IMG/VR virus record: IMGVR_UViG_3300035696_001272
Strand: one strand, 5' to 3'
Origin: a virus
Lineage: Duplodnaviria > Heunggongvirae > Uroviricota > Caudoviricetes
Length of the DNA stretch: 64,000 bases
Under the pieces are notes generated by a model. The model worked only from the letters and a program-made list of their open reading frames with translations. It was not told where the DNA came from and made no database searches. Shown one piece after another: positions 1 to 9,817 of the stretch; position 1 is the first letter of the stretch; each line of letters starts with the position of its first letter. The translations under genes were made by a program, and so were the position numbers.

Positions 1-741
1 CCCCCTAAAGAGCATGGTACTGCAATCTATGATGCTAAAAACAGTATTTACCAAGGCACACCTAAATCGCCGGCAGACAAGCACAAAGCAGATGACAATG
101 AACTTGGATACGGTTTCTATGAGAATCTAGAGAAGTACAAGAGTGTCAGAGATTTTATTGAGCATACTCCACTCGGTCCTGGCCACGGAGCCAAGATTAA
201 GCCAGAATGGGAAAGAGCCAAGCATCCTATTCAAAAAGCAGACGACAATGATATTGACTTCCCGATTGATGATATGGTTAATCGACAGGATCAAATGATT
301 TATCCTGAAGAAGCTGAATATCAAATCAGAAGAATGAAAGGTGATAAGTACGATTATCCTTCTGAAGGAAACAATATGGGACCAGAGTACACTAATATTT
401 CTTTGACCAGTCCCCAAATTGCTGGTGAGCACACCTATTTGCCGGACCCAGATTTCGAAGGCAAAAACGATAATGCGAGCGAATTAGATTTCGGCAGAGA
501 TTACACCGAGGAAACCCTTCCAGGCCGTGCTTCTGACATAGCTCACGATGATGATAAACAAATGGATTTGGATGGCTTGGAGTCTAAGTATCTAGAATCC
601 ACAGAAACTGGAATTTTGGGCTTGCCTGACGGAGTAGATCCAGAAGGCCATGACGCAGACCAAACTGTCCAAATAGAGCAGCCTTACGACACAATTTCTG
701 ATATTAGTCGTGAAATGTATGAGGATAAATGGAATATCTAA
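1..741 (+). CDS. 5'-truncated acidic hypothetical protein (probable internal head protein)
   Basis: Frame of ORF 274..741 is open back to base 1 (PPKEHG...KADDNE...KADDND...); acidic; carries the ADDND motif shared with downstream proteins. Confidence 0.75.
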   Translation, partial: PPKEHGTAIYDAKNSIYQGTPKSPADKHKADDNELGYGFYENLEKYKSVRDFIEHTPLGPGHGAKIKPEWERAKHPIQKADDNDIDFPIDDMVNRQDQMIYPEEAEYQIRRMKGDKYDYPSEGNNMGPEYTNISLTSPQIAGEHTYLPDPDFEGKNDNASELDFGRDYTEETLPGRASDIAHDDDKQMDLDGLESKYLESTETGILGLPDGVDPEGHDADQTVQIEQPYDTISDISREMYEDKWNI

Positions 742-750
742 AACCAAGCA

Positions 751-762
751 ATATCCTTGCAT
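751..762 (+). promoter_or_regulatory. class A phage promoter-like motif ATA-N6-CAT (representative copy)
   Basis: Also at 3077, 11993, 18511, 29170, 31125, 32751, 38324, 40527, 42769, 43792, 49132, 58145 (+) and 42755-42766 (-). Confidence 0.65.
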
Positions 763-797
763 ATAACCATATCGATAAAGCATCCAGAGGTACCTAA

Positions 798-1880
798 ATG
801 ACTTTGCAATCTAACGCACAAGAGCTATTTGTAATTGATCCGATTTCGCCAGCATCTCAATTGCCAGCTGATGTAAATTCGGTATCGGGCATACCTCCTC
901 ACCATCACCATGAGGGTAAGGAGCAACTTATTAGCTTTAGCCCACTAGAAGTGACTGAGCCTGTTGATGTTGAGATCGTGGTAGAAGAATTACCAGGAGC
1001 CCCAGCAGGTACTAAGGATCCGGAAATTATCGAAGTTGCAGATGAACCAATTCATGCCGCTGAAGAGGAAGATGCTAACGACGCCAAGAAGGGCAAGGGC
1101 GGTAAAAACGAAAAGTGGGATTGGGCAAAACACGGTCCACACGGATTCGTTGCTTGGGTCAAGGGTAGAATAGACGATGTGCCAAAGCACTCTGGTTATG
1201 ATTCTGCTGGTCTTGAACGTGCCATGGCTTACATGGATAGACTCGACAATGAAATCTCCAAAGCTATGAGAATGGACTTGGATGGTGAATTAGATGCTAA
1301 CAAGATTGAAAAAGTTCGTGCTGAACTAGAAGATGGCATGAACAGACTACAAGCCCGTCTTGACAAGGTCAAGGAGTCTAAGAAATCTTCTCGCAAGCGC
1401 AAGAAGACCGCTCAGGATCTATCTGTTCAGATACAAGATGTTTTGAAGAGATGGTCTGATGAAGACATTAATTCTTACGTAGCCGATACTACTGTTCCAG
1501 GTGAAACTTGGAGCATTGATAAGGCCATTGTTCAAATTGCTAACCAAGGTGAGGAACCAGGTTTCGAGGGTGGTTGGGTTAAGACTGCACAAAAAATCTA
1601 CGGTGTTGGTAGCGGTGTAATGATTACCGTTCCACTTTTGATTTCTAGAATTGCAAGAGTCTGTGTTAACGGTACTGTTTCTGCAGGACACGACATTGAA
1701 GACTTATACAACAGACAAGTTAAGAAGTGGGATTTGAGCGAGCGCGAGCAAGCTGAAGTGCAACAACTTTTGTTCGACATGGGATATCCATTGCGTCAAG
1801 ACCGTGGTTTCATGCCAGGTGATGACCTTGAAGTATGGGATAGCGACAATATGGATTGGGCAGCTAACTACAGAGGTTAA
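798..1880 (+). CDS. hypothetical protein, probable head-associated
   Basis: 360-aa ORF, GAGG RBS, preceded by ATA-N6-CAT motif at 751-762; contains KKTAQ, WVKTAQ and DANDA motifs. Confidence 0.75.
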   Translation: MTLQSNAQELFVIDPISPASQLPADVNSVSGIPPHHHHEGKEQLISFSPLEVTEPVDVEIVVEELPGAPAGTKDPEIIEVADEPIHAAEEEDANDAKKGKGGKNEKWDWAKHGPHGFVAWVKGRIDDVPKHSGYDSAGLERAMAYMDRLDNEISKAMRMDLDGELDANKIEKVRAELEDGMNRLQARLDKVKESKKSSRKRKKTAQDLSVQIQDVLKRWSDEDINSYVADTTVPGETWSIDKAIVQIANQGEEPGFEGGWVKTAQKIYGVGSGVMITVPLLISRIARVCVNGTVSAGHDIEDLYNRQVKKWDLSEREQAEVQQLLFDMGYPLRQDRGFMPGDDLEVWDSDNMDWAANYRG

Positions 1881-2536
1881 TGATGTCCAAATACAATCGT
1901 CACCAATCAGTAATCAATAGACAATCCGATGCATCTTATAGCGAAGATCATTGGCTGAAAGAGTTTGAAAATAAGTTGCAAAAGACCAGTGTACAACCAC
2001 GTGGTCAGAGCTTATTTGATGAAATTAGCACTATCATGAACAATGGTAAGGCTAAGTATCCATCAGTGCAGGCTGCAGTAGATGATATGATGCAACGTAG
2101 TGGATTGAGCGATTATCTTGATCAAACTAAGTACTCTGAGGAAGATAACACTCAGAAATCAAAGAAAACTGCCCAAGTGCAAAATGCACATGCGCCTGAA
2201 AAAGTAAATCCAAAGACTCCAGATATTATCAAAGAGAAGCCAAGCATTTTGCGCACTCTAGAAAACATCATCAAAGATACTCGTGGTAACATGCCAGTAC
2301 CCGCTATCATTAGTCGTTTGCACTCACTACATGCATCAGATATTCCTGATGAAGGCGCTTGGGAAGATGAGAAGCTTATTCGTTTGGTAAGTCAACTGAA
2401 TCTCCAAGCCAAAAAAGATAATCCAAGTAACTTCGAAAATTTTGATAATCTAGGAAAGGGTGACTTCACAGATAACTCTGACGTCGATCCTTCCAATACT
2501 GATGCCTTCAATATTTTGATGCCGGCAAAGATTTAA
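1880..2536 (+). CDS. hypothetical protein
   Basis: 218-aa ORF coupled to previous stop (TAATG); KKTAQ motif. Confidence 0.75.
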   Translation: MMSKYNRHQSVINRQSDASYSEDHWLKEFENKLQKTSVQPRGQSLFDEISTIMNNGKAKYPSVQAAVDDMMQRSGLSDYLDQTKYSEEDNTQKSKKTAQVQNAHAPEKVNPKTPDIIKEKPSILRTLENIIKDTRGNMPVPAIISRLHSLHASDIPDEGAWEDEKLIRLVSQLNLQAKKDNPSNFENFDNLGKGDFTDNSDVDPSNTDAFNILMPAKI

Positions 2537-3068
2537 GCGTTTCTTCTGCTTTAAGTTCTTTTTCAGCTTTTTGGCTGTGATAGCAATTGTAACAAAGCAG
2601 TTGTTCGTTGGTAATTACCAAACGTTCAATACGATCTTCCCGACAATCTCTACAACAATCACCATACAATTGTGTTGATTGTTTTTTGTATTTTAGTACA
2701 TATTTGTTTTTATACGGCTTCTGTTTGCAGTTGTAGCAGATAACTTGATGTCCCGCTTTTTGTACGATATTGTCATACAGATAATTGACGCTTCCATTAA
2801 TTGTTAGCTTAGTATAATCATCTTCTCCGCAAATACTACAAGCATTACCGTAAGCCAAAATAACCGCGCTTCTCCTCATGCGGTATCTATTTCTTTGTTT
2901 TTTAGCGTAGTTTGGATCTGCCCGATGACATTTTTCATCGTTGCTCTTTCGACATGTCTTGCAGATGTAATGTCCCTTCTTCTGATCATAAGTCGCCCAA
3001 TTTGCACTGGATAACAGGGTGGCGCATTTGAGACATTTCTTTTTTCCTCGTTTTTTCGTGGAAGTCAT
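2508..3068 (-). CDS. Cys-rich degenerate HNH-like protein (two tandem YG-x2-C-x2-C...C-Y-N-C units)
   Basis: CxxC pairs; YGNACSICGE...QVICYNC and YGDCCRDC...QLLCYNC resemble phage HNH domains, but the catalytic DH motif is missing. Confidence 0.55.
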   Translation of the reverse strand: MTSTKKRGKKKCLKCATLLSSANWATYDQKKGHYICKTCRKSNDEKCHRADPNYAKKQRNRYRMRRSAVILAYGNACSICGEDDYTKLTINGSVNYLYDNIVQKAGHQVICYNCKQKPYKNKYVLKYKKQSTQLYGDCCRDCREDRIERLVITNEQLLCYNCYHSQKAEKELKAEETLKSLPASKY

Positions 3069-3094
3069 TATACTGGATATACCTTCATTTTAGT

Positions 3095-4981
3095 ATGTCA
3101 ACAGCAAATGCAGAAAACAAAGAACTATTTGAAAAGTTGAAAAAGCAGTTGGTCATGCTTGATCCTGTTACCTTTTCAGAAACTTATTTAACACTTGATG
3201 GGAAACCATTTACTCTAAGTGGCAACGGGTACAAGCCCTTTGCTGATATCTATAGATACATCGGTATCAAAGCTTTAGAACCAAGTGCTAAACCCGTTAT
3301 CATCGTCAAAGGTCGTCAGGTTGGAGCTACGACTATGGCAAGTGCTCTTGAGATGTACTTCATGGGCTCTGGACTTTTTGGAGATGGATTCCGCCCTCCA
3401 ATTCGTGTCATTCATGCTTTCCCACAATTAGAGTTGGCAGCGGCTTATTCAAAAACTAAGCTAAACCAAATGATCTCTCAAGCCAAGATCGCTGATGGCA
3501 CCAAAGAAACTAAGACAGGTTCTCGACCAAAGTCTTTCATGCAACAGCTATTAGATCAGTCAACTGCTACCAATGATTCATTGCACTTCAAACAATTCGT
3601 AGGTGGAAATCACTTATGGATTGAATCAACTGGCGTAGACGCAGACCGCATCATGGGTCGTACAGCCGATATCATTTTCTTTGACGAAGTTCAGAAAACA
3701 ACAGGTCAGGCTATCGGAAACGCTCTTAAGATTTTGACCACAGCCAAGTATGGTAGACCTTCCAAGGGAGTTCAAGTTTACTTTGGAACTCCAAGACGTA
3801 AAGGTTCCGACTTCCATAAGATGTGGCAAACCTCTTCTCAGCAGTATTATTATCTGGGATGTGAAAATTGTAAAGAATATTTCCCGCTCTATACTCCTGG
3901 CTCAGATGATTGGGAGAAGGTTTGGATTCGCGAGAAAATTGTTAAGTGTCCAAAATGCGATTTCGAACAAGATAAATTAGCAGCTCAGGAACGTGGTAAA
4001 TGGATAGCCCTTAAGGATCCAGACGATCCAGATTGTGAGATGATTGGATTCCATATCAATCAACTTTACATGCCTATGTTCACCAGAGAGGATATCGAAA
4101 AAGAAAAGCCTGGCAAACACCCAATCAATACTGAAAGAGTTTTCATGAATGAAGTTCTAGGAGAATTCTTTCAGGGAGATTCCAGCCCTATTACCACTGA
4201 TGAGATACGAGAATTCTGTGCTGACATAGAAAGAAAATTCAGTCCAAGGATTATACCAAGCCGTGGCTTAACGCAGCAATTTGCAGTATTGGGAATCGAT
4301 TATGGTGCTCGTGCAGATTTGGAGCAGTTGGCAGATCCAGACAGGGCTAAACCACAAGGGCAGTCCTACAGTACGGCAGTTGTCCTATTAACTAAAGGAC
4401 CAAACCTTTTGTCTGTTGAATTTGCCACCAAATTCAAACGTAACGATCCGGAAAGTAAAAAGGGAATCATTGATCAACTGATGAGACAGTACAGTATCGA
4501 TTTAGCAATAGGCGATATTGGTTACTCTAACGATTTTTCCTACACACTTCATAGTGCTTACGGTGATAAGTATTTAGTTTCTCGTGCTCATAACAAGGTC
4601 AACGATTATGTTAAAGTGAATGTTGATGCTTTTCCAAAAGAAATTATCTTTGAAAGAGATCATTATATTGGAGAAATGTATGAACAAATGAAAAAAGGAA
4701 TGATTAGATTTCCATACGGAGATTATGAAAAAGTAGCTTGGTTAGTTGATCATTGTGCCAGTATGGAGATTAAACCATCTATTTCTAGATTTGGAGATCC
4801 TAGCATTCATTATGTAAAAGGTGGAACTCCAAACGACGGTTTCATGGCTTTATTGAATGCTTATTTGGCCTATAAGTTTATTATTAGTCGTGGTTTCACC
4901 AACAACAATCCTTTATTGCAAACAAACAAAAATGCCAATAAACCATTGGTACTAGCTGCATATGTGCCCAGAAAGATTTAA
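3095..4981 (+). CDS. terL: terminase large subunit (lambda gpA-like, with Zn ribbon)
   Basis: Walker A-like VKGRQVGATT, Walker B IIFFDEVQ, coupling motif GTP, CENC/CPKC zinc ribbon, RNase H-like GIDYG and PNDG motifs; immediately upstream of portal. Confidence 0.9.
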   Translation: MSTANAENKELFEKLKKQLVMLDPVTFSETYLTLDGKPFTLSGNGYKPFADIYRYIGIKALEPSAKPVIIVKGRQVGATTMASALEMYFMGSGLFGDGFRPPIRVIHAFPQLELAAAYSKTKLNQMISQAKIADGTKETKTGSRPKSFMQQLLDQSTATNDSLHFKQFVGGNHLWIESTGVDADRIMGRTADIIFFDEVQKTTGQAIGNALKILTTAKYGRPSKGVQVYFGTPRRKGSDFHKMWQTSSQQYYYLGCENCKEYFPLYTPGSDDWEKVWIREKIVKCPKCDFEQDKLAAQERGKWIALKDPDDPDCEMIGFHINQLYMPMFTREDIEKEKPGKHPINTERVFMNEVLGEFFQGDSSPITTDEIREFCADIERKFSPRIIPSRGLTQQFAVLGIDYGARADLEQLADPDRAKPQGQSYSTAVVLLTKGPNLLSVEFATKFKRNDPESKKGIIDQLMRQYSIDLAIGDIGYSNDFSYTLHSAYGDKYLVSRAHNKVNDYVKVNVDAFPKEIIFERDHYIGEMYEQMKKGMIRFPYGDYEKVAWLVDHCASMEIKPSISRFGDPSIHYVKGGTPNDGFMALLNAYLAYKFIISRGFTNNNPLLQTNKNANKPLVLAAYVPRKI

Positions 4982-4990
4982 AAGTCCACT

Positions 4991-4996
4991 GATATA
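4991..4996 (+). promoter_or_regulatory. class B phage promoter-like motif G[AT]TATA (representative copy)
   Basis: Also at 17763, 39626, 40930, 51304, 61032, 61821 (+) and 27267-27272, 45623-45628 (-). Confidence 0.55.
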
Positions 4997-5042
4997 TCAT
5001 ATTTAGTGTATTTAGTAGAAGGTATAGTGGAACAGAGGTAAT

Positions 5043-6926
5043 ATGGTTGGCATTAAAAAATCAGGTTTAGGAGACGCCCCATCCTTTTCAACAAAGTTTC
5101 TATCTAATAGATCTACTACTCCACAAGTTAGCGCTATCATGGCACATGGCATTTCTCAGGAGAGAAGAATTATTCTTTCAGATGAAGTAGACCAAGGTTA
5201 TTTTCGAGATGGGTCTGGCCCAAGTATTAAAACTGGAGAAGCTGCTGAAACAGCCAACTCTCGTGTTGTTTCATCCGTCAGTTTAAAAAAATATGGACAA
5301 GTAGTCAGTAGTGTTGGTGGTATGTTCCGTGGTATTCATGGAGACTCCGTTAAACAAACTCCAGAAGTTTATTCTCCCCTTTGGCTTAACAGTAACTTAA
5401 ATTTGCCACGTGACCGTGCAACTATTAATGCATGGTGTCGTAGCTTTTTTGCTTTGAACCCATTTGTGCACAACGCTGTCAGTTTGCATAGCACTTACCC
5501 AATTAGCAAACTTTCCATCAAGTGTCCTAACAAGGATATCGAAAAGTTCTTCAATGACATGATTGAAGAAATAGACTTGATGAACATTTGTATTCAGATC
5601 GCTCAAGAGTATTGGCTACTTGGTGAGGCATTCGTTTACTGCGAACTTGATGAAGGCAAAGGTAAATGGGCGCGTATCCATATTCAAAATCCAGACTTTA
5701 TGATTGTCAAGCGCACAGTAGTAGCTAGTGAACCTATCATTATGTTACGTCCTGACGAAAACCTTAAGAAGATTATCTTCTCCAATCGTCCAACTGACAT
5801 TGAACAACGTAAACAACTCAACCAACACATCATTGACGCAGTCAGACGTGGTGAAAATATTCCTCTAGACAACTTCCATGTATCTCATTTGGCTCGTAGA
5901 ATCAGCCCTTATGAAATCAGAGGTACTGGTTTGCCAGTCTGTATTTTCCGTCAATTGATGTTGTTCGATAAATTGCGTGAATCTAAGTATGCTCAATCTG
6001 ATAACATGATTAACCCACTTACCTTGGTCAAAATTGGTTCGGCTGACTATAAGCCAACTTTTGCTGACTTGGAAGCTTGGAGAAGTGTTTTCGAAGAAGC
6101 TCAATATGACAAGGACTTCAAAATCTTCACCCATGAAGGTGTTGCTGTCGAAAGAGTAGGTTGGGGTCAAGGTATCTATGATATCGGTCCAGACATTACA
6201 CAACTAGTTAAAGAAATTTGGATTGGTTTGTTCGTTCCACCAGTTATGATGGATGGTGGTGCTGATACCACGTATGCAAACGGTGGTGTTGCTCTTGATG
6301 TTTTGAGACAACGTTACATGTCATTCCGTAACATGATGTCTACTTGGCTTAAGAACAAAATCTTTGCTCCAATCTCCAAGATTCAAGGATTCTACGATTA
6401 CTCGGGTGGTGAGAAGCAACTCATCGTTCCAGAAATCGATTGGAACCACATGAGTTTGTTTGATGCAGGTGATTACATCAACACCTTGACTACTCTGTCA
6501 CAGGGAACTGCTGATCAGAAGAGAGTCTCTTTGCACACCTTATATCGTTCTTTGGGTTTGGAATTCGAAGACGAAGTCAGAAAGATGCGTAAGGAAACCA
6601 TTCAAAATGCCATTTCCAAGAAAGAAGCAGCAGCTTTGGATGCCATGGATCTTAACTCACTACGTGCCTTGGATGATGAAGATGAAATTCCAGAACCAAA
6701 AGTGGCGCCAGGTCAAGCCGCAGAGCAACCACTTCCAGGTGAAGTTCCTGGTGGTGCTCCAGGTGGCCTACCAGATTTAGGATTACCAGGCGGTCCTCCT
6801 CCAGGCGGTCTTGGTGGACCTCCTCCTCCACCTCCACCACCAGGTGGCGGTGGTCCTCCCCCAGCCCCTCCAGCAGGAGGTGGCGGTGGAGGTGGTGGCG
6901 GCGGTGGCCCTCCCCCAGGTCCATAA
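5043..6926 (+). CDS. portal protein with Pro/Gly-rich C-terminal tail
   Basis: Follows terL; YWLLGEAFVY, HLARRISPYEIRGTG, TYANGGVAL and WLKNKIFAPI fit the portal pattern; about 70-aa Pro/Gly tail. Confidence 0.85.
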   Translation: MVGIKKSGLGDAPSFSTKFLSNRSTTPQVSAIMAHGISQERRIILSDEVDQGYFRDGSGPSIKTGEAAETANSRVVSSVSLKKYGQVVSSVGGMFRGIHGDSVKQTPEVYSPLWLNSNLNLPRDRATINAWCRSFFALNPFVHNAVSLHSTYPISKLSIKCPNKDIEKFFNDMIEEIDLMNICIQIAQEYWLLGEAFVYCELDEGKGKWARIHIQNPDFMIVKRTVVASEPIIMLRPDENLKKIIFSNRPTDIEQRKQLNQHIIDAVRRGENIPLDNFHVSHLARRISPYEIRGTGLPVCIFRQLMLFDKLRESKYAQSDNMINPLTLVKIGSADYKPTFADLEAWRSVFEEAQYDKDFKIFTHEGVAVERVGWGQGIYDIGPDITQLVKEIWIGLFVPPVMMDGGADTTYANGGVALDVLRQRYMSFRNMMSTWLKNKIFAPISKIQGFYDYSGGEKQLIVPEIDWNHMSLFDAGDYINTLTTLSQGTADQKRVSLHTLYRSLGLEFEDEVRKMRKETIQNAISKKEAAALDAMDLNSLRALDDEDEIPEPKVAPGQAAEQPLPGEVPGGAPGGLPDLGLPGGPPPGGLGGPPPPPPPPGGGGPPPAPPAGGGGGGGGGGGPPPGP

Positions 6927-7008
6927 CGCAGTTAATCTATTGAATAAGCCTCTAGTTGTGAATAATTACGTATACTTTTAGTAATTGCTCATAAGCCGAG
7001 GGTTCCAT

Positions 7009-8235
7009 ATGCAAAAAGCTGCACAAAAACGAAGTATTCCCAGCCAGTTAAGGGAAGTAATCAATATGCCAGGTGCTTATCTAGAAGGCATTTTCAAGCC
7101 TGAACTAGACAGAGTCATGGCCGCATTGAAAGCATTAGACGACAGAGTTCGCTCTGAACTTACTGGTAAAAAAATTGGAGACGCTGATGCGCCTGAAATT
7201 GAAAAATCAGCTAAGGATCTTTTGAGATCTGCTCGCACTAACTTTAATCGTCGAGAATACATGTTAGGTGTTGCAGATTTGGGAATGTTCCATAAGAAGA
7301 TGGACACTATCGTAAAAGATATCGACAAATGGAAAGTTGACGTCAATAAGATTCATAACAAATTCTTGTTTGAAGGTTTGAAACCAGAGGACATGGAGAG
7401 AGTTAAGAAACTAAGAGAGTATATGGAAAAGGGAGCTAGAATGGAAGCCATTGAACAGCTAACCAAAGAAGCTGGCATCATGGACTTCTATCATAACTTC
7501 TTAACTACTCGTGGCCGTGGCTTGCTAGCTTGGGAAAAGAAATATCCAAAGGAAACAAAAGATCTTCGTGAGGGTGGCGCTAAACTAGTCACTGAAGCCG
7601 AGAATTTATTGGGAAATGTAATTTCTACTTTGAAGGAAATGGCAACTGCCCGCGCCATTCGTAGACCAGACGATTACATGGAAGCTGCCAACAAAATCAA
7701 AGCAGCATTTAGTAAGTTTGACTCTGGTGACAAAGGTTTTAAGGCTTTCTATCAAAATGCCGTTCTTCCATGGATGAAGATTAGAGATGAGATTGAGGCC
7801 AAGGAAAAGACAAGAGTTGAGCAAGAACAAGCTAAGCCACAAGTCGCACCCGCTCCTGAAAAAATTGAGTTAGGTGAAACGCCTCCTGCCCCACCATCTC
7901 CACCATCTCCTCCTGCACCCCCATCTCCAGGCATGCCAGGCAATCCACCAGGTGCCTCACCGCCATTTGCTATACCAGTTGTAACTGAGGAAGAAGCTCC
8001 AATAACAGAAAGACAGCCATTGGCAGTTCCAGCGGGCTCAGAGCTTGCAAAGATTCCAGAAGGTACCAAAGCAAGAGTCGCTCACCAACAATTCCTAAAT
8101 TCATTGGAAGCGATGAGTCAAGAAGATCCGCGTATCTTGGCCGGCTTCATCTCTAAGTACGCTTCATCCATTCAGGGTGAAGATCCAGAAACCGCTATCA
8201 GATTGTTCACTCTCGTCAAACAAATAAGGGGATAA
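7009..8235 (+). CDS. hypothetical helical protein with Pro-rich linker (probable internal head protein)
   Basis: ORF 6985..8235; likely start ATG 7009 after GAGG; MQKAA, IEKSA, LTKEA motifs. Confidence 0.7.
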   Translation: MQKAAQKRSIPSQLREVINMPGAYLEGIFKPELDRVMAALKALDDRVRSELTGKKIGDADAPEIEKSAKDLLRSARTNFNRREYMLGVADLGMFHKKMDTIVKDIDKWKVDVNKIHNKFLFEGLKPEDMERVKKLREYMEKGARMEAIEQLTKEAGIMDFYHNFLTTRGRGLLAWEKKYPKETKDLREGGAKLVTEAENLLGNVISTLKEMATARAIRRPDDYMEAANKIKAAFSKFDSGDKGFKAFYQNAVLPWMKIRDEIEAKEKTRVEQEQAKPQVAPAPEKIELGETPPAPPSPPSPPAPPSPGMPGNPPGASPPFAIPVVTEEEAPITERQPLAVPAGSELAKIPEGTKARVAHQQFLNSLEAMSQEDPRILAGFISKYASSIQGEDPETAIRLFTLVKQIRG

Positions 8236-8236
8236 A

Positions 8237-9388
8237 ATGCCAGTCAGAGGTAAAGCCAACCTTGGACCTAATTTCTATCCGAAGTTGGTTCAAATATCAT
8301 CCGAACTAGGAATGAAGCCAGAAGATCTTCTAGCTGTCATGACCTCGGAGTCTGGCTTGAATCCGTCTGCCTATGAGGAAAAGTACAAGGGAGCTGGGCT
8401 TATCGGCTTTATGCCGGATACTCTAAAGGGCCTTGGCTATCAAGGTACTTGGAGAGACTTTACACAACTAACTGGTGAAGAACAATTAGATTGGGTCAAA
8501 AAGTTTATCCAAGAGAAAAAGGGAGTCATGGGTGGTCGTCCATTCACATCTGCTGGTCTTTATTACACTGGTAATTTTTGGCCGGTCGCTCTCAAACTGC
8601 CTGGCGTTATCAAAGGTGACCCAAGTACTCGCATCCTGGAATCGCATCCAGAAACTGTTATAGATCCTAAGACTCAGAAAGAGTGGAGTAAGAAGTATTA
8701 CGATATAGGATTCAAAATAGATCCCAATTTTGAAAGAAAAGCCTACATAACTAATCCTCTTTTTGATCGTGATAAAAAGGGATACATCACTTATGGCGAT
8801 ATGATCAAACAAGCAGAAACAACTAGAAAAAACCCTATTTACCAACAAGCCGTTGCTGACATGACACGCAGAACTGGTTATGCACCAAGTCAGAAACCAT
8901 CTACTATGGTTGCTCAACAACAAACAGTGGCACCTGCTGGTTCTGGCGGTTTTGATTCGATTTTGGACAAGTATTTAGGATTTGTTTCTGGTGCTTCAAG
9001 TTCCTCATTAAAGAGATTGTACAAAAAGAACTTACCAAATAATGATATTCTAATCCAGGTTGCAGCCCCTGACCATATTAGTGCTGTAGAATTTGGCCGT
9101 GTGCTTTGCACTGCTTTGGATGAAGATTTGTTATCTACCGCATACACACACACGGATGGACACCTGGTTGAAATTGAATGTTCAATTCCTGGCCCTGAAA
9201 AGGAATGTTTTGAGGCAGTCAAACAAATGGCAGAGGCCGTGGCCGAAACATTTAAAGATGCCACTTCTAAAATTGGTGGAATTAAAATTACTACTAACTG
9301 TATTATGAATAAGAAGTCATCTTATCAACCAATTAGCTTCAAAACTGCTGGCACCAACTATAGGAAGTTCCTACTTAAATTCATCTAA
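8237..9388 (+). CDS. lytic transglycosylase (SLT/lysozyme-like) domain protein
   Basis: VMTSESGLNPSA (catalytic Glu) and GAGLIGFMPDT match SLT motifs I and II; unrelated C-terminal domain. Confidence 0.75.
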   Translation: MPVRGKANLGPNFYPKLVQISSELGMKPEDLLAVMTSESGLNPSAYEEKYKGAGLIGFMPDTLKGLGYQGTWRDFTQLTGEEQLDWVKKFIQEKKGVMGGRPFTSAGLYYTGNFWPVALKLPGVIKGDPSTRILESHPETVIDPKTQKEWSKKYYDIGFKIDPNFERKAYITNPLFDRDKKGYITYGDMIKQAETTRKNPIYQQAVADMTRRTGYAPSQKPSTMVAQQQTVAPAGSGGFDSILDKYLGFVSGASSSSLKRLYKKNLPNNDILIQVAAPDHISAVEFGRVLCTALDEDLLSTAYTHTDGHLVEIECSIPGPEKECFEAVKQMAEAVAETFKDATSKIGGIKITTNCIMNKKSSYQPISFKTAGTNYRKFLLKFI

Positions 9389-9397
9389 GGAAACGCA

Positions 9398-9817
9398 ATG
9401 GTATCTGAGAAACAAATAACAGACATGATAGAACATGTTAAGGGTTCCGGAAAAACCTTTGCCGAATTCATAGCTGAATTATTTCATAATAAGTTCATCG
9501 AAGTATATGTTGGTGACGCTTATGAAGATGTCAGCACTGAACAGGTATCTACGACTTATCCTGCTGTTTTTTGTGGAAAAGTGATAGCGGCCTATCGCGA
9601 ATGTTTAATTATGAATTGTGCTTTCGTCAATCCAACTTCCCGTCATTTACAATTGGGTAATATGGTTTTTGTCAATGAAAGAGCCATTAGAGCCCTTAAT
9701 GAAGTTGACGGTAAGGGCATCATAGAAGACATGATGTTACGCAGCAAAGAAACTTTGGATGTTAAGGCCGCTTTTATTGATCAACCGGCCCCTCTACCAG
9801 AACCTAAGAAGAAATGA
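9398..9817 (+). CDS. hypothetical protein (possible Sm/LSm-like beta fold)
   Basis: 139 aa, AAGGA RBS; IEVYVG...CGKVIAAY...MVFVNERAI pattern is Sm-like by eye only. Confidence 0.6.
   Translation: MVSEKQITDMIEHVKGSGKTFAEFIAELFHNKFIEVYVGDAYEDVSTEQVSTTYPAVFCGKVIAAYRECLIMNCAFVNPTSRHLQLGNMVFVNERAIRALNEVDGKGIIEDMMLRSKETLDVKAAFIDQPAPLPEPKKK

Noticed and set aside
3095-6926. Intein or group I intron in terminase or portal
   Set aside because: Both ORFs are uninterrupted, of ordinary length, and show no splice motifs; the HNH genes are free-standing
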